Assembly (NCBI GenBank): GCA_965237525.1
Contig: CBDEFO010000003.1
Coordinates: 320,001 to 384,000, forward strand
Direction: 5' to 3'
Origin: Candidatus Latescibacterota bacterium
GTDB taxonomy: Bacteria; Latescibacterota; CBDEFO01
DNA length: 64,000 bases
This document shows positions 33,437 to 45,232 of this stretch, one piece after another (within the stretch, counting starts at the first letter, position 1; the number at the start of each line of letters is the position of its first letter). The position numbers were made by a program, and so were the translations under genes. The notes under the pieces are model-generated. The model had not been told where the DNA came from and did no database searches. It saw nothing but the letters and a program-made list of their open reading frames with translations.

Positions 33437-34194
33437 CCCCAATTCGCCGGCCTACGATCCACACTATCACTTCCAACAGGCTATCGAAGCTGGCTGTAAT
33501 GCCTATGCCGCACCGCTGGGCTTTCTAGAGGCGGGGGTGGCTGAGTACGCCGGGCAGATCCCGCTTATCCTCAAGCTGAACAATCACGTATGTTACAGGA
33601 CGAGAAGGACCCCCTGAGCGCGCAAACGGCCTCGGTGTCCGATGCCCTGCGGCTGGGGTGCGTAGGCATCGGCTATACGATCTATCCTGGAACTGCCGAG
33701 CGGCGGCTGCAATACGAGCAGTTGAGAGAACTTGTGCGTAAAGCCAAATCAGTGGGGTTGGTTGTCGTGGTGTGGTCGTATCCGAGAGGCAGCGGGTTGA
33801 GCAAAGACGGAGAGACCGCTCTGGAGGTAGCGGCTACGCTGCTCAAATTACGGCACAACTGGGTGCATACATCATTAAGGTCAAGCTGCCCTCTGTACAT
33901 ATTGAACTGGACGCAGCTAAAGAAGTCTACGAGACGTATGGCATCGCACGAGAGACGTTGGCATAGCGGGTTAGGCACGTGGTTCAAAGCACGTTCAACG
34001 GGCGTCGGATTGTGATCTTCTCGGGAGGCGCGAAGAAGGAAGATGATGAAGCTCTCCTGGAAGAAGCGCGAGCAATCCGTGAGGGGGGAGGGTTTGGCTC
34101 CATCATCGGACGCAATGTGTTCCAGAGCGAAAAGTCAGAAGCCCTGCATCTGCTCGACAAGATGATCAAGACCTACAAAGGAGAGGTTCAATGA
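33437..34194 (+). pseudogene. fbaB: Class I fructose-bisphosphate aldolase, 5'-truncated and fragmented
   Basis: AYAAPLGFLEAG, IPLILKLN, DALRLGC, WSYPRGS, IIKVKLP, FSGG, GSIIGRN spread over several frames; TAG at 33964. Confidence 0.85.
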
Positions 34195-36260
34195 CTCGGC
34201 AACCAGATATCGATCAGTTGTCCATCAACACGATTCGGACCCTGTCCATGGACGCGGTTCAGGTAGCCAACTCGGGTCATCCCGGCACGGCTATGGCCAT
34301 GGCGCCCGTTGTCTATTGCCTGTGGCAGCGATTCTTGCGGTTTGATCCGGAAGACCCGATCTGGCCAAATCGAGATCGATTCGTGCTGTCGATCGGTCAC
34401 GCTTCGATGCTGCTTTACTCCACGCTGTACCTGTGCGGTGTCAAGGCGGTGAACCCCAAATACGAACGACTGGGTGAGCTGTCGGTGACGCTCGACGACA
34501 TCAAACGGTTTCGCCAGCTCGGGAGCAGATGCCCTGGGCATCCGGAATATCGTTGGACATCCGGCGTTGAGACGACAACCGGCCCTCTGGGCCAAGGCGT
34601 AGCGACCAGCGTGGGTATGGCCCTGGGCGGACGTTGGATGGCCGAATACTTCAATCGCCCGGACTTTGAGCTGTTCAATTACGATCTCTACGCCCTGTGC
34701 GGCGACGGCTGTATGATGGAAGGCGTCTCCGGGGAGGCCGCCTCGCTGGCCGGACACCTCCGACTCTCGAACTTGTGCTGGATCTACGACAACAACAGGA
34801 TCACCATCGAGGGCCACACCGATTGGGCCTTCACCGAAGACGTGGCAACGCGCTTCATCGCCTACGGCTGGAACGTTACCCGCGTAGGCGACGCCAACGA
34901 CCTAAAGATGCTCGACCGCGCCTTCCGAACGTTCAAGATCACGCCCGACAGACCCACGTTGATCGTTGTGGACAGCCATATCGCCTACGGGGCGCCCCAC
35001 AAGCAGGACACCAGCGCGGCTCACGGCGAACCCCTGGGTGAGGAGGAGATCCGGCTGACCAAACGGAACTACGGTTGGCCGGAGGATAAAGCGTTCTGGG
35101 TACCTGACGAGGTCCGAGCTCATTTCGGTGAGGGTGTGGGCAAGCGCGGGCGGTCCGTGCGCGAGGCGTGGTTCACCAGGTTTGAAGACTACAAAACGGA
35201 GTATCCCGAGCTGGCCGATCACCTCTACAAGATGCAGCACCGCCAGCTTCCCGACGGCTGGGACAAAGGCTTGCCCATCTTCTCACCTGACCCAAAGGGA
35301 AGTGCCGGACGCGACGCCTCCAGCCAGGTGCTCAACGTCCTTGCCCAAAACTTGCCCTGGCTGATCGGCGGCTCGGCGGACCTGACGCCCTCAACCAAGA
35401 CCCGCCTTACGTTCGAAGGGGCAGGTGATTTCACCGCTGAGCATAACCAGGGGCGGAACCTCCACTTCGGTGTCCGTGAGCATGCGATGTCGGCTATCCT
35501 GAACGGATTGTCACTCTGCAAGATCCGTCCCTACGGCTCTGGATTCCTGATCTTCAGCGATTACTTCCGGCCCGCCATCCGGCTGAGTGCCCTTATGGAA
35601 ATCCCCGTCATTTACATCCTCACGCACGACTCCATCGGCGTGGGCGAAGATGGACCCACCCACCAACCAGTGGAGCAGTTGGCCTCGCTGCGCTCCATTC
35701 CGGGGTTGATTACGTTACGGCCAGCAGATTCCAACGAGGTGGTGGAGGCCTGGCGGGTGATCATGGCACTGCATCACGAACCGGCGACTCTCATCCTCAG
35801 CCGGCAGCCGCTGCCCACCCTGGATCGATCGAAATACGCCCCGGCATCCGGAGTCCAGGAGGGCGCCTACGTGCTGGCCGATGCCGACGGGGGCAAGCCC
35901 GATGTCCTGCTGCTGGCCAGCGGCAGTGAGGTATCGTTGTGCGTTCAAGCGTATGAACAGCTCAAGGCCGATGGGATCCATGCCCGCGTGGTGAGCATGC
36001 CATCCTGGGAGTTGTTCGATCGACAGGATCAAACATACCGGGAGCATGTTATGCCTCCGGAGATCACGGCGCGTGTCTCCGTGGAACAGGCCTCCACCCT
36101 GGGATGGGAGCGATACGTCGGACCAACAGGCCAGATCATCGGTATGTACACCTTCGGGGCTTCGGCGCCGCTGGTGGAATTACAAAGGAAGTATGGTTTT
36201 ACCCCCGAGCGCGTGGTCGCCGCTGCCAGGGAGCAGGTGGCAAAAGAAGCGCAGGATTAA
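34191..36260 (+). CDS. tkt: Transketolase
   Basis: ANSGHPG, DRFVLSIGH, TTGPLGQG, GDGCMMEG, FGVREHAM, THDSIGVGEDGPTHQP. Confidence 0.97.
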   Translation: MTRQPDIDQLSINTIRTLSMDAVQVANSGHPGTAMAMAPVVYCLWQRFLRFDPEDPIWPNRDRFVLSIGHASMLLYSTLYLCGVKAVNPKYERLGELSVTLDDIKRFRQLGSRCPGHPEYRWTSGVETTTGPLGQGVATSVGMALGGRWMAEYFNRPDFELFNYDLYALCGDGCMMEGVSGEAASLAGHLRLSNLCWIYDNNRITIEGHTDWAFTEDVATRFIAYGWNVTRVGDANDLKMLDRAFRTFKITPDRPTLIVVDSHIAYGAPHKQDTSAAHGEPLGEEEIRLTKRNYGWPEDKAFWVPDEVRAHFGEGVGKRGRSVREAWFTRFEDYKTEYPELADHLYKMQHRQLPDGWDKGLPIFSPDPKGSAGRDASSQVLNVLAQNLPWLIGGSADLTPSTKTRLTFEGAGDFTAEHNQGRNLHFGVREHAMSAILNGLSLCKIRPYGSGFLIFSDYFRPAIRLSALMEIPVIYILTHDSIGVGEDGPTHQPVEQLASLRSIPGLITLRPADSNEVVEAWRVIMALHHEPATLILSRQPLPTLDRSKYAPASGVQEGAYVLADADGGKPDVLLLASGSEVSLCVQAYEQLKADGIHARVVSMPSWELFDRQDQTYREHVMPPEITARVSVEQASTLGWERYVGPTGQIIGMYTFGASAPLVELQRKYGFTPERVVAAAREQVAKEAQD

Positions 36261-36261
36261 G

Positions 36262-36282
36262 CCCCGATTGAGTCTATCGGGG
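36262..36282 (-). repeat. 21-bp hairpin repeat, copy 5
   Basis: ccccgattgagtctatcgggg, 1 bp after the tkt stop codon. Confidence 0.88.
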
Positions 36283-36304
36283 ATCAGGAGAAGGAGGACG
36301 GAGC

Positions 36305-39115
36305 ATGGGGAACTTACACGAACTGGCCCAACTGGGCCAATCCATTTGGTACGATTACATTCGTCGTGCTTTCATCACCTCAGGAGAGCTGCAGGCATTG
36401 ATTGACGAAGGCTTGCGTGGTGTCACCTCCAACCCAACGATCTTTGAGAAGGCCATCGCCGGCAGTGTGGACTATGACGAAGATCTGCAAAAATTGGTGA
36501 CAGCGGGGAAGTCTATTAACGAAATCTACGAGGCCTTGGTGCTGGATGATATCGTGCGCGCCGCTGATCTGTTGCACCCGGTGTATGAGGCGACGGACGG
36601 CGCCGACGGCTACGTCAGCCTGGAGGTCAGTCCAACGCTGGCGCACGACACGAACGGCACGATTGCTGAAGCTCGGCGTCTCTTTGCCGCACTGGAGCGG
36701 CCAAACGTGATGATCAAGGTGCCGGCCACGCCTGCCGGCATCCCGGCTATCGAGACGCTCATCGGCGAGGGCATCAACGTCAACATCACACTGATCTTCT
36801 CTCTGGCGCAGTACAAGGCTGTGGCCGAAGCGTATCTGACCGGCCTTGAAAAGCGGGCAGCCAGCGGCGGGGACTTAAGACAGGTAGCCTCGGTGGCCTC
36901 CCTGTTCGTCAGCCGACTGGATACAACGATAGATGAGGCACTATCGCATGTCGAGGATGAATCGCTTGCGGCAGGTTTAAGTTTAAGGGGCAAAATTGCC
37001 ATTGCCAATGCCAAATCAGTCTATGCGGCCTTTCGGGAGATATTCAGCGGTCCCCGCTGGGATGGGCTGGCCGCTCAGGGTGCGCGGGTGCAGAGACCCC
37101 TGTGGGCCAGCACCGGCACCAAGAATCCCCTGTATCCGGAGGCACTCTATGTGGACCAATTGATCGGCCCAGATACCGTGAATACCGTACCACCGGCGAC
37201 CCTTAATGTATTTCGTGATCACGGCACGGTCTCGGAAACGCTCACCAAGGGTCAGGACGAGGCGGAGGCCCAACTGGCTCAGTTAGAGGATTTGGCAATC
37301 GACCTGAACGCCATCATCCAGAAGCTGCAGGACGATGGCGTGGCGGCCTTCGCCGGGTCCTTCGAAACCCTGATGGCCAGCATTGCCGAAAAACGGGATG
37401 GCCTGCTGGCAGGACAGAAAGGCTATACAGTCAGGATGGGTGACCATCATCAGGCGGCTTTCGATGTGGCCCTGGCCGACCTGAAAGCCAACCGGGTGAT
37501 GGACCGCATCTGGGCGCACGATCACACCGTCTGGAAGCCGGGTCCTGCTGAGATTGACAACCGGCTGGGCTGGTTGCACAGCCCGGATGTAATGATGGAG
37601 CAGCTTCCGCAGATCCATCAATTCGTGGATGCCGTGCGCAGAGACGGCTACACGCATGCCCTGCTGCTGGGGATGGGCGGCTCCAGCCTGGCCCCGGAGG
37701 TCTTTCGCAAAACCTTCGGGGTGGCGGCGGGCTATCTGGACCTGGCTGTGCTGGACAGCACCGACCCGGCCGCCGTGCTGGCCCAGGCGGAGCGGCTTGA
37801 TCCGGACCACACCCTCTTCATCGTCTCCACCAAATCGGGCGGCACGGTGGAGACCTTTTCCTTCTTCACGTTTTTCTATAACCGGGTCGCGCAGGCGATG
37901 GGCGCAGACCGGGTCGGAGAGCACTTTATCGCCATCACCGACCCCGGTAGCAAACTGGCCGACCTGGCCGGGCACTATCATTTCCGGGCCACATTCCTCA
38001 ACGACCCGAACATCGGCGGGCGCTACTCGGCACTTTCCCATTTCGGGCTGGTGCCGGCAGCGCTGATCGGTATGGACGTGGCGTCCCTGCTCGACCGGGC
38101 CATGACAGCCGTGTGCAATTGCGAGGGATGCAACTGCCCGGAAAAAGGGGATAATACAGGGGCCCGGCTGGGCACCGCAATGGGTGAACTGGCCAACATT
38201 GGGCGGGACAAACTGACGCTGATCGCCTCGCCGCCTATCGCCGCCTTTGGCACCTGGGTCGAACAGCTCATTGCCGAAAGCACCGGTAAGGACGGCAAAG
38301 GCATCTTACCTGTTGATGGCGAGTCCTTGGGGGTGCCCAATGTGTACGGCAACGACCGCCTCTTTGTCTACCTGCACCTGGATGGAGATGAGACCTACGA
38401 TGACGCCGTAGAGGCCCTGATAGGGGCCGGCCATCCTATGATACAGATCGATCTGCGAGACCTGTACGATCTGGGCGGTGAATTCTTCCGCTGGCAGATG
38501 GCGACTGCCGTGGCCGGGCATCGGCTGGGGATTCACCCCTTTGACCAGCCCGATGTGGAATCTGCCAAAGTGCTGGCCCGCGAAATGGCGGCGGCCTATC
38601 AGAGGGAGGGGACGTTGCCTACGCTGACCCCTGCGCTTGAGGCTGACGGAATCACGGTTTACACAGATGCGGCGGCAGACAGCATAGAAGGTGCGATGAA
38701 TGCGTTCCTAGCCCAGGCCCGGCCGGGAGATTACGTTTCCGTGCACGCCTACGTCCAGCCTGCTGATGAGACCAGCGCCGCTTTGCGAGAGCTGCACACC
38801 CGGATACGCGATCGACTGCGGCTGGCGACAACCGTCGGCTATGGACCACGCTTCCTGCACTCCACCGGCCAACTGCACAAGGGCGATGCTGGCAATGGGC
38901 TCTTTATCCAGTTCACGGCCGATGACCCGCAGGATACTCCCATTCCCGACGAGGCGGGCGCGCCCTCTTCGTCCATCACATTTGGCGTGCTCAAGGCAGC
39001 TCAGGCCCTGGGCGACCGGCAGGCGCTGCTGAAGGCCGGGCGGCGCGTGATCCGCTTCCATCTGGGTAAGAACGTCGTTGGCGGATTGAAGCACCTGACG
39101 GAGGTGCTCGGATGA
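36305..39115 (+). CDS. Bifunctional transaldolase/phosphoglucose isomerase
   Basis: GVTSNPTIF, MIKVPAT, LWASTGTKNP; then GMGGSSL, SKSGGT-like motif, IGGRYS, EQLIAESTGK, PFDQPDVE. Confidence 0.95.
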   Translation: MGNLHELAQLGQSIWYDYIRRAFITSGELQALIDEGLRGVTSNPTIFEKAIAGSVDYDEDLQKLVTAGKSINEIYEALVLDDIVRAADLLHPVYEATDGADGYVSLEVSPTLAHDTNGTIAEARRLFAALERPNVMIKVPATPAGIPAIETLIGEGINVNITLIFSLAQYKAVAEAYLTGLEKRAASGGDLRQVASVASLFVSRLDTTIDEALSHVEDESLAAGLSLRGKIAIANAKSVYAAFREIFSGPRWDGLAAQGARVQRPLWASTGTKNPLYPEALYVDQLIGPDTVNTVPPATLNVFRDHGTVSETLTKGQDEAEAQLAQLEDLAIDLNAIIQKLQDDGVAAFAGSFETLMASIAEKRDGLLAGQKGYTVRMGDHHQAAFDVALADLKANRVMDRIWAHDHTVWKPGPAEIDNRLGWLHSPDVMMEQLPQIHQFVDAVRRDGYTHALLLGMGGSSLAPEVFRKTFGVAAGYLDLAVLDSTDPAAVLAQAERLDPDHTLFIVSTKSGGTVETFSFFTFFYNRVAQAMGADRVGEHFIAITDPGSKLADLAGHYHFRATFLNDPNIGGRYSALSHFGLVPAALIGMDVASLLDRAMTAVCNCEGCNCPEKGDNTGARLGTAMGELANIGRDKLTLIASPPIAAFGTWVEQLIAESTGKDGKGILPVDGESLGVPNVYGNDRLFVYLHLDGDETYDDAVEALIGAGHPMIQIDLRDLYDLGGEFFRWQMATAVAGHRLGIHPFDQPDVESAKVLAREMAAAYQREGTLPTLTPALEADGITVYTDAAADSIEGAMNAFLAQARPGDYVSVHAYVQPADETSAALRELHTRIRDRLRLATTVGYGPRFLHSTGQLHKGDAGNGLFIQFTADDPQDTPIPDEAGAPSSSITFGVLKAAQALGDRQALLKAGRRVIRFHLGKNVVGGLKHLTEVLG

Positions 39116-39776
39116 TTCAGGCGATGATCTTTGACCTGGACGGCATGCTGGTGCAGACGGAGCGGCTCAAAGCCATCTCCTATGCCCAGTCCGCCGTGGA
39201 ACTCTGTCCCGACGCGCTGACTGAAGCGCAGGTTATAGAGGCGTTCAAAGAGGTCGTGGGCCTTTCGCGCCAGGAGGTGGCTGTGGCGTTGATGGAACGG
39301 TTCGGTCTGGCAGATGCGCGCCCGGGCGCGTATGGCCGAATTTGGAGTAAGCACACCCCGGCAGGCGTTCGTGCAGGTGCGCCTGCGCATCTACGAGGCG
39401 ATGCTGGCCGACCCGGAGGTAGCTGCGCCGCAATCCAATGGCCGCACAACGTCGCCCTGCTGCATGAGGCTCGGAGAAGCGGCTGCTGGACAGGCCTGGC
39501 CACGAAGTGGAACAGGGCAAGCCCGACCCGGAAATCTATCTCTTGGTTTCATGTGAGCTGGACATCCCCGCGGCCCAATGTCTGGTCATCGAGGATTCGC
39601 CCGCTGGCGTGAAGGCAGCGTTAGCAGCAGGGATGTGGTGCATTGCCGTGACCACGCCCTTTGCCCGCCAGGCGGTCCACGCCGAACAGTGTCTGGACGA
39701 ACGCTGGATCGTGGACGATTCGAGCACACTGACCGCCGTGGCATAGCGGATGGCTGCGGAACGGGAGCCAGACTGA
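39112..39776 (+). pseudogene. HAD-family phosphatase, frameshifted
   Basis: IFDLDG; GKPDPEIY and IEDSPAG lie in other frames; TAG at 39744. Confidence 0.85.
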
Positions 39777-39855
39777 GGAGCGGGCAGAGTGAACGTAGAC
39801 CTCACCCAACTCAAGCAACAGGCCGCTATCGACCTTTAAAGAAAGGAGCAAGGCT

Positions 39856-40767
39856 ATGGAACTGGCATTGGTCGGTTTAGGCAGGATGGGTGCCAATATA
39901 ACCACGCGCTTGCTGCGCGGTGGTCACCAGATTGTTGCCTACGATCTGAATGAGTCTGTTATTCAGGCGGCCGAGGGCGAAGGCGCAGAAGGGGCGCGTA
40001 CGCTGGCCGAGGTGGCGGAAAAATTGCAGATGCCGCGAGTCGTGTGGATCATGGTGCCAGCCGGGGACCCTACGGAGCAGACGATCGAGGAACTGGCCGA
40101 GCATCTAACGCCCGGCGACACGGTTGTGGACGGTGGCAACAGCAACTACAAGGACTCGCTGCGGCGTGCGGACACGCTCCAAGAGAGGGAACTGCATTTC
40201 GTGGACGTGGGTACCAGTGGCGGCGTGTGGGGGCTGACCGAGGGCTACAGTATGATGGTCGGAGGCGAGGTAGCAGCTATAGAACGGCTGCGCCCCATCT
40301 TCGAGACGCTGGCCCCGGCGCCGGACAAAGGCTGGGGGCACGTCGGTCCCAACGGAGCAGGCCACTTCGTGAAGATGGTGCACAACGGCATCGAATATGG
40401 CCTGATGGAGGCTTATGCCGAGGGGTTTGAATTGATGCAGCACAAGACAGAGTTCGGCCTGGACATGCACCAGATCGCTGAAATCTGGCGCGACGGCAGC
40501 GTGGTGCGCTCCTGGCTGCTGGATCTGACCGCAAAGGCGCTGGCTGAGAACCCGGCACTGGAGGGCATCGCTGCCTACGTGTCCGATTCTGGTGAGGGAC
40601 GCTGGACGGTGGTCGAAGCGATCGAATTGAACTGTTCCATTCCTGTCATCACCCTGGCGCTGGAGCGTCGTTTTCGCTCCCGAGAAAAAACGCCTTTCAG
40701 TGACAAGTTGCTGGCTGCTATGCGCCATCAGTTCGGCGGTCATGAGATCAAGGAGGAGGAGGAGTCC
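39856..40767 (+). CDS. gnd: 6-phosphogluconate dehydrogenase (short type); no stop codon, reads in frame into zwf
   Basis: GLGRMG, DGGNS, DVGTSGG, GHFVKMVHNGIEYG, DSGEGRWT, MRHQFGGH. Confidence 0.92.
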
Positions 40768-42226
40768 ATGCCCAACGCCAGTATCGAACACCACCTCTTT
40801 GTGATCTTGGGCGTGACGGGCGACCTCACGCGCCGTAAGCTGCTCCCGGCCGTCTACCACCTGACGGCCCAGGGGATTCTGATGGATCGCTGTTTGATCG
40901 TTGGCGTAGCCCGGAAAGCGGATCTCGATGACAACGGTTTCCGGGTCTGGGTGCGTGAGATCCTCAAGGACGCCGGGTTTTCAGTTATAGCACTCGAACG
41001 CTGGTGTGACCGATGTCTCTACTATCGGCCCATCGGAGGGGGGAGCAGCGAGGACTATCAGGCCCTAGCAGATCGCATCAAAGCCCTGGAAGGGGAGCAC
41101 AATCTGTCTGGCAACCGGGCCTTTCTACCTCGCCCTGCCACCCACCGCCTTTCCCGATGCCATCGCGGGACTCGGAGAGGCCGTGCTGAATGACACCCCC
41201 GGCTGGACACGCCTTGTGATAGAAAAGCCTTTCGGGCGAGATTTGCATTCGGCTCAGGAACTGAATCGCCTGGTTCACAGGTATTTTGATGAATCCCAGG
41301 TGTATCGCATCGATCACTACCTGGGAAAGGAGACCATGCAGAATCTGCTCGTCTTTCGCTTCGCCAACCCGATCTTTGAATCCCTCTGGAACCGCGATCG
41401 TGTGGAAAGCGTTCGGAGCACGGTCGCCGAGGAGCTGGGGGTCGAAGGACGGGCGGATTACTACGAGGGGACCGGCGCGTTGCGGGATATGGTGCAGAAC
41501 CACCTGACCCAGTTCCTGGCACTGATTGCGATGGAGATTCCAACGAGCTTCGAGTCGGATGCCATTCGCCACGAGAAGATGAAGGTGCTGCGCTCTCTGG
41601 CACCGCTTCGGCCCGAGCAGGCGGTTCTGGGTCAATATACACGCGGGGAGGTTGATGGACACGAGGTGCCCGGTTATCGGGAAGAACCGGATATTGCCCT
41701 CGATTCCCGGACCGAGACCTTTGTGGCCCTGCGTGTGGAGGTGGACAGTTGGCGCTGGCAGGGGGTGCCCTTTTATCTCTGCACCGGCAAGCGGCTCTCT
41801 TGGAAGCTGACCCAGATCGACGTGGTTTTCCGGGAGCCTCCTATCTGTTTCTTCCATGCCTTTGAGGCGTGCAAACCCAATCCCAACGTGCTTAAAATCT
41901 CCCTTCAGCCCGACGAAGGGTTTGACCTGTGTTTTGAAGTGAAGGCACCGGGCGAGTCTCTTGAGTTGAAATCACAGACGCTGCATTTTGGATATCAGGA
42001 TGCATTTGGTTCCCCACCGGATGCATATCAGACCCTGATCCTGGATGTGATGAAAGGGGATCAGACGCTCTTTATACACGGGGATGAAGTCGAAACCTCC
42101 TGGCGATTTTATGCCCCGTTGCTGGCGACGGAAAACGCCGTGAATTTCTATCGTGCCGGCACATGGGGTCCGCAAGAGTCGGATCAACTCCTGGCTGAGA
42201 GGGGACAGCGATGGGAAATCACGTGA
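40768..42226 (+). pseudogene. zwf: Glucose-6-phosphate 1-dehydrogenase with a +1 frameshift at 41122-41124
   Basis: GVTGDLTRRKLLPA, EKPFG, RIDHYLGKE, LRDMVQNH; removing one T restores AFYLALPP. Confidence 0.9.
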
Positions 42227-42963
42227 GCCCTGAGGTCTGTGTGCATCCAGACCTGGCGTCCCTAAGCCGGGCAGCCGCCGAAAGGCTGGGGGAGCTGGCC
42301 CTCAAGGCCGTGGCCGAGAGAAGCTGCTTTGCATTAGGTTTGGCTGGAGGAAATACGCCGAGGAAACTCTATCAGATCCTGGCAGAGGCATATCGTGAGC
42401 ACATTCCCTGGAGTGAGGTTCACCTCTTCTGGGGCGATGAGCGCTGTGTGCCTCCAGATCATCCCGAGAGCAACTTCGGCATGGCCTACGAGACGTTGAT
42501 TTCAAAGATCCAGATCCCACCACACCAGGTGCATCGCATCCCCGTCGAGCTGGACACCCCTGAAAGAGCGGCCGAAGCTTACGAGATAACACTCCGTGAA
42601 TTCCTTGGCCACACGTCTCCTGTCCTGGATTTGGTCCTGCTTGGGGTGGGGGCAGACGGCCACACGGCCTCGCTGTTCCCGGGCGACAGCGTCTTGGAGG
42701 AGCAGGGACGCTGGGTTAAACCTGTCCACGCCCCTCTAGAGTACGCGACACGCCGGCGAGTCACGCTGACGCTGCCAGTACTTAACCGCGCAAGCTACAT
42801 GTTCCTTCTTGTGTCAGGAACCGAAAAACAGAAGGTCGTGCAAACGATCCTGAGAGACCCGAAGAGGGCAAGGGAGTGGTATCCCGCCGCCATGACCCGC
42901 TCCAGTGGCAGAGGAGGAACCGTCTGGTTTCTCGATGAAGCAGCTTTAGGACGAACGGACTGA
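42211..42963 (+). CDS. pgl: 6-phosphogluconolactonase
   Basis: GGNTP, FWGDERCVPPDHPESN, LGVGADGHTASLFP. Confidence 0.95.
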   Translation: MGNHVSPEVCVHPDLASLSRAAAERLGELALKAVAERSCFALGLAGGNTPRKLYQILAEAYREHIPWSEVHLFWGDERCVPPDHPESNFGMAYETLISKIQIPPHQVHRIPVELDTPERAAEAYEITLREFLGHTSPVLDLVLLGVGADGHTASLFPGDSVLEEQGRWVKPVHAPLEYATRRRVTLTLPVLNRASYMFLLVSGTEKQKVVQTILRDPKRAREWYPAAMTRSSGRGGTVWFLDEAALGRTD

Positions 42964-43138
42964 AAGGTCGCCTGCAGACATAATAACGTCTATCTGGTCA
43001 TTTGGATGGACGTGTTCACGATGCCGGTTGAGGACGAGGGGTACCGCATTGTGGTCGCCTCAGATGTCAAAAGCGGCCTTGCAACAGATAAAGACGGTGC
43101 ATCCGGACCTGGCGGTATTTGTATATCTGGGGGAGTCG

Positions 43139-45167
43139 ATGCAACAACCTGCACGATATATCGCTTTAGGGCGGGCCGATTGTGGTCGCTTTGAGAGTGC
43201 CGTCGAGAAAGAATGGCTGGTCACCAATGGCCTGGGCGGGTTCGGGGCGGGCACCGTGAGCGGGGCTACCACCCGTCGCTACCACGGCCTGCTCGTGGCC
43301 GCCCTCCGCCCTCCCCTGGAACGGACTGTGTTAGTTGCCAAGATCGATGCGGTTGCTGAGTACAATGATAAGCCCTATCCCCTCTTCGTCAACGAGTTCG
43401 CCGACGGCACTATTGATCCGCACGGTTATCGGCACCTGGAAACGTTTCATCTGGAGGGCCTGATCCCGGTTTAGGTCTATGCTCTGGCCGATGCTCGCCT
43501 GGAGCAACGAGTCTGGATGGCCTACGGACACAATATAACCTACATCACTTACACCCTGACCAGGACTGCAAACCCTCTATCGTTGCGGCTGACTCCCCTC
43601 TGCACCTATCGTGACTACCACAGCCATCGTCACGGAGACTGGCATCTTGCGTATGATCCTGTGACCGGGGGCTTTGAAGTCAAGGCCTTTGATGGCGCTC
43701 GGCCTTATCGGGTCGTAGCCGACCGGGGTGAATTTTGCCCTACTGGAGATTGGTACTTTAACTTCAAGCACCGGCTTGAAAGCTACCGGAGACTGGATGA
43801 TACCGAAGACCTCTTCGCACCGGGTCATTTCAACGTGATCCTCAACCCTGGCGAGACACTCACCGTCGTTTGTTCGGCGGAGATAGTCGAGACCCAAGTC
43901 GGGCTCGAGGCACTGCAACAGGAGCGCCAGCGACAAGCCGCGCTATTGGCAGACACATCCGTCGACGAACCGGCTTGGATCAGCCACCTGGCGCTGGCCG
44001 CCGACCAGTTCATTGTGCAACGTGCACATGGAGACGAGAGCCCTTCAAGTGGCACTGAAGAAATGAAGACCGTGATCGCTGGTTATCCCTGGTTCGGCGA
44101 CTGGGGACGCGATACGATGATCGCGCTGCCGGGGCTGACCCTCTCCACGAAACGGCCCGAGGTCGCCGCCAGCATCCTGCGCACCTTCGCTGGGCACGTG
44201 AGCCAAGGGATGCTGCCCAACCGCTTCCCCGATACCGGCGAGCCACCGGAGTATAACACGGTTGATGCCACCCTCTGGTATTTCCACGCCATCCACCAGC
44301 ACTTGCTTCACACAGGTGACATAACCCTGGCCAGAGAACTCTATCCGACCCTGGCCGACATTATTGACTGGCACAGACGCGGCACTCGCTACAACATCCA
44401 CGTTGACCCCACCGATGGCCTGCTCTTTGCCGGTGAGCCGGGGGTACAGTTGACCTGGATGGATGCCAAAGTGGGCGATTGGGTGGTCACTCCCCGTATC
44501 GGCAAGCCGGTCGAGGTCAATGCCCTGTGGCACAACGCCCTGCGGGTGATGGCAGACCTGTCGGAGCGACTGCGCAAGTTGAAAGCAGCCAAGCAGTACC
44601 GCGAGCAGGCCGATCTGATGGCCAACATCTTTCGAAAGCGGTTCTGGTTTGAGGCGGGCAGGTACCTGTACGACGTCATTGATGGCCCGGAAGGAGCCCT
44701 TGGTCCCAATGGAAAACGGTACGACCGCAGCGTACGTCCCAACCAGATTTTCGCCGTCTCCCTGCCTTTCTCGTTGCTGAGCGACACCCAGGCCCAAGCC
44801 GTCGTCGACATCTGCGCCCGCCATCTCTTGACTTCTCACGGCTTACGCAGCTTGGCAGATGAAGACCCGGCCTACACCGGGCACTACCGGTGGTGGCTCC
44901 CTCCAACGCGACGGCGCCTATCACCAGGGCACCGTCTGGGGCTGGATTCTCGGCCCGTTCGTGGCCGCCCACTACCGGGTCTACGGCGACGTGACCCTTG
45001 CACAGTCCTTCTTATCCGGCTTGGAATACCACCTGTCCGACGCCTGTCTGGGCTCCATCAGCGAGATTTTCGACGGCGACCCTCCCCACACGGCGCGCGG
45101 ATGTTTCGCTCAGGGCTGGAGCGTGTCGGAGGTGCTGCGGGCCTGGAGAGAGTTACCTGATGCGTGA
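43139..45167 (+). pseudogene. Amylo-alpha-1,6-glucosidase (glycogen-debranching type); TAG at 43472 and frameshift near 44888
   Basis: EWLVTNGLGG, TRRYHGLL, AGYPWFGDWGRDTMI, LTWMDAK, AYHQGTVW, GCFAQGWS. Confidence 0.9.
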
Positions 45168-45232
45168 TACATAAGGATTATTCACACATCACGTTTCACG
45201 TGAAGCACTGGCTGAATACGGAGGAGTACACC

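Noticed and set aside
6560..43474. Stop-codon recoding (in-frame TAG at 6560, 9783, 33964, 39744 and 43472, four followed by CG; TGA at 14362)
   Set aside because: TAG and TGA terminate many intact genes here; the stop at 14362 replaces the repeat's conserved Trp and 43472 probably does too; most affected genes also have frameshifts; no pyl or sel machinery is in the window
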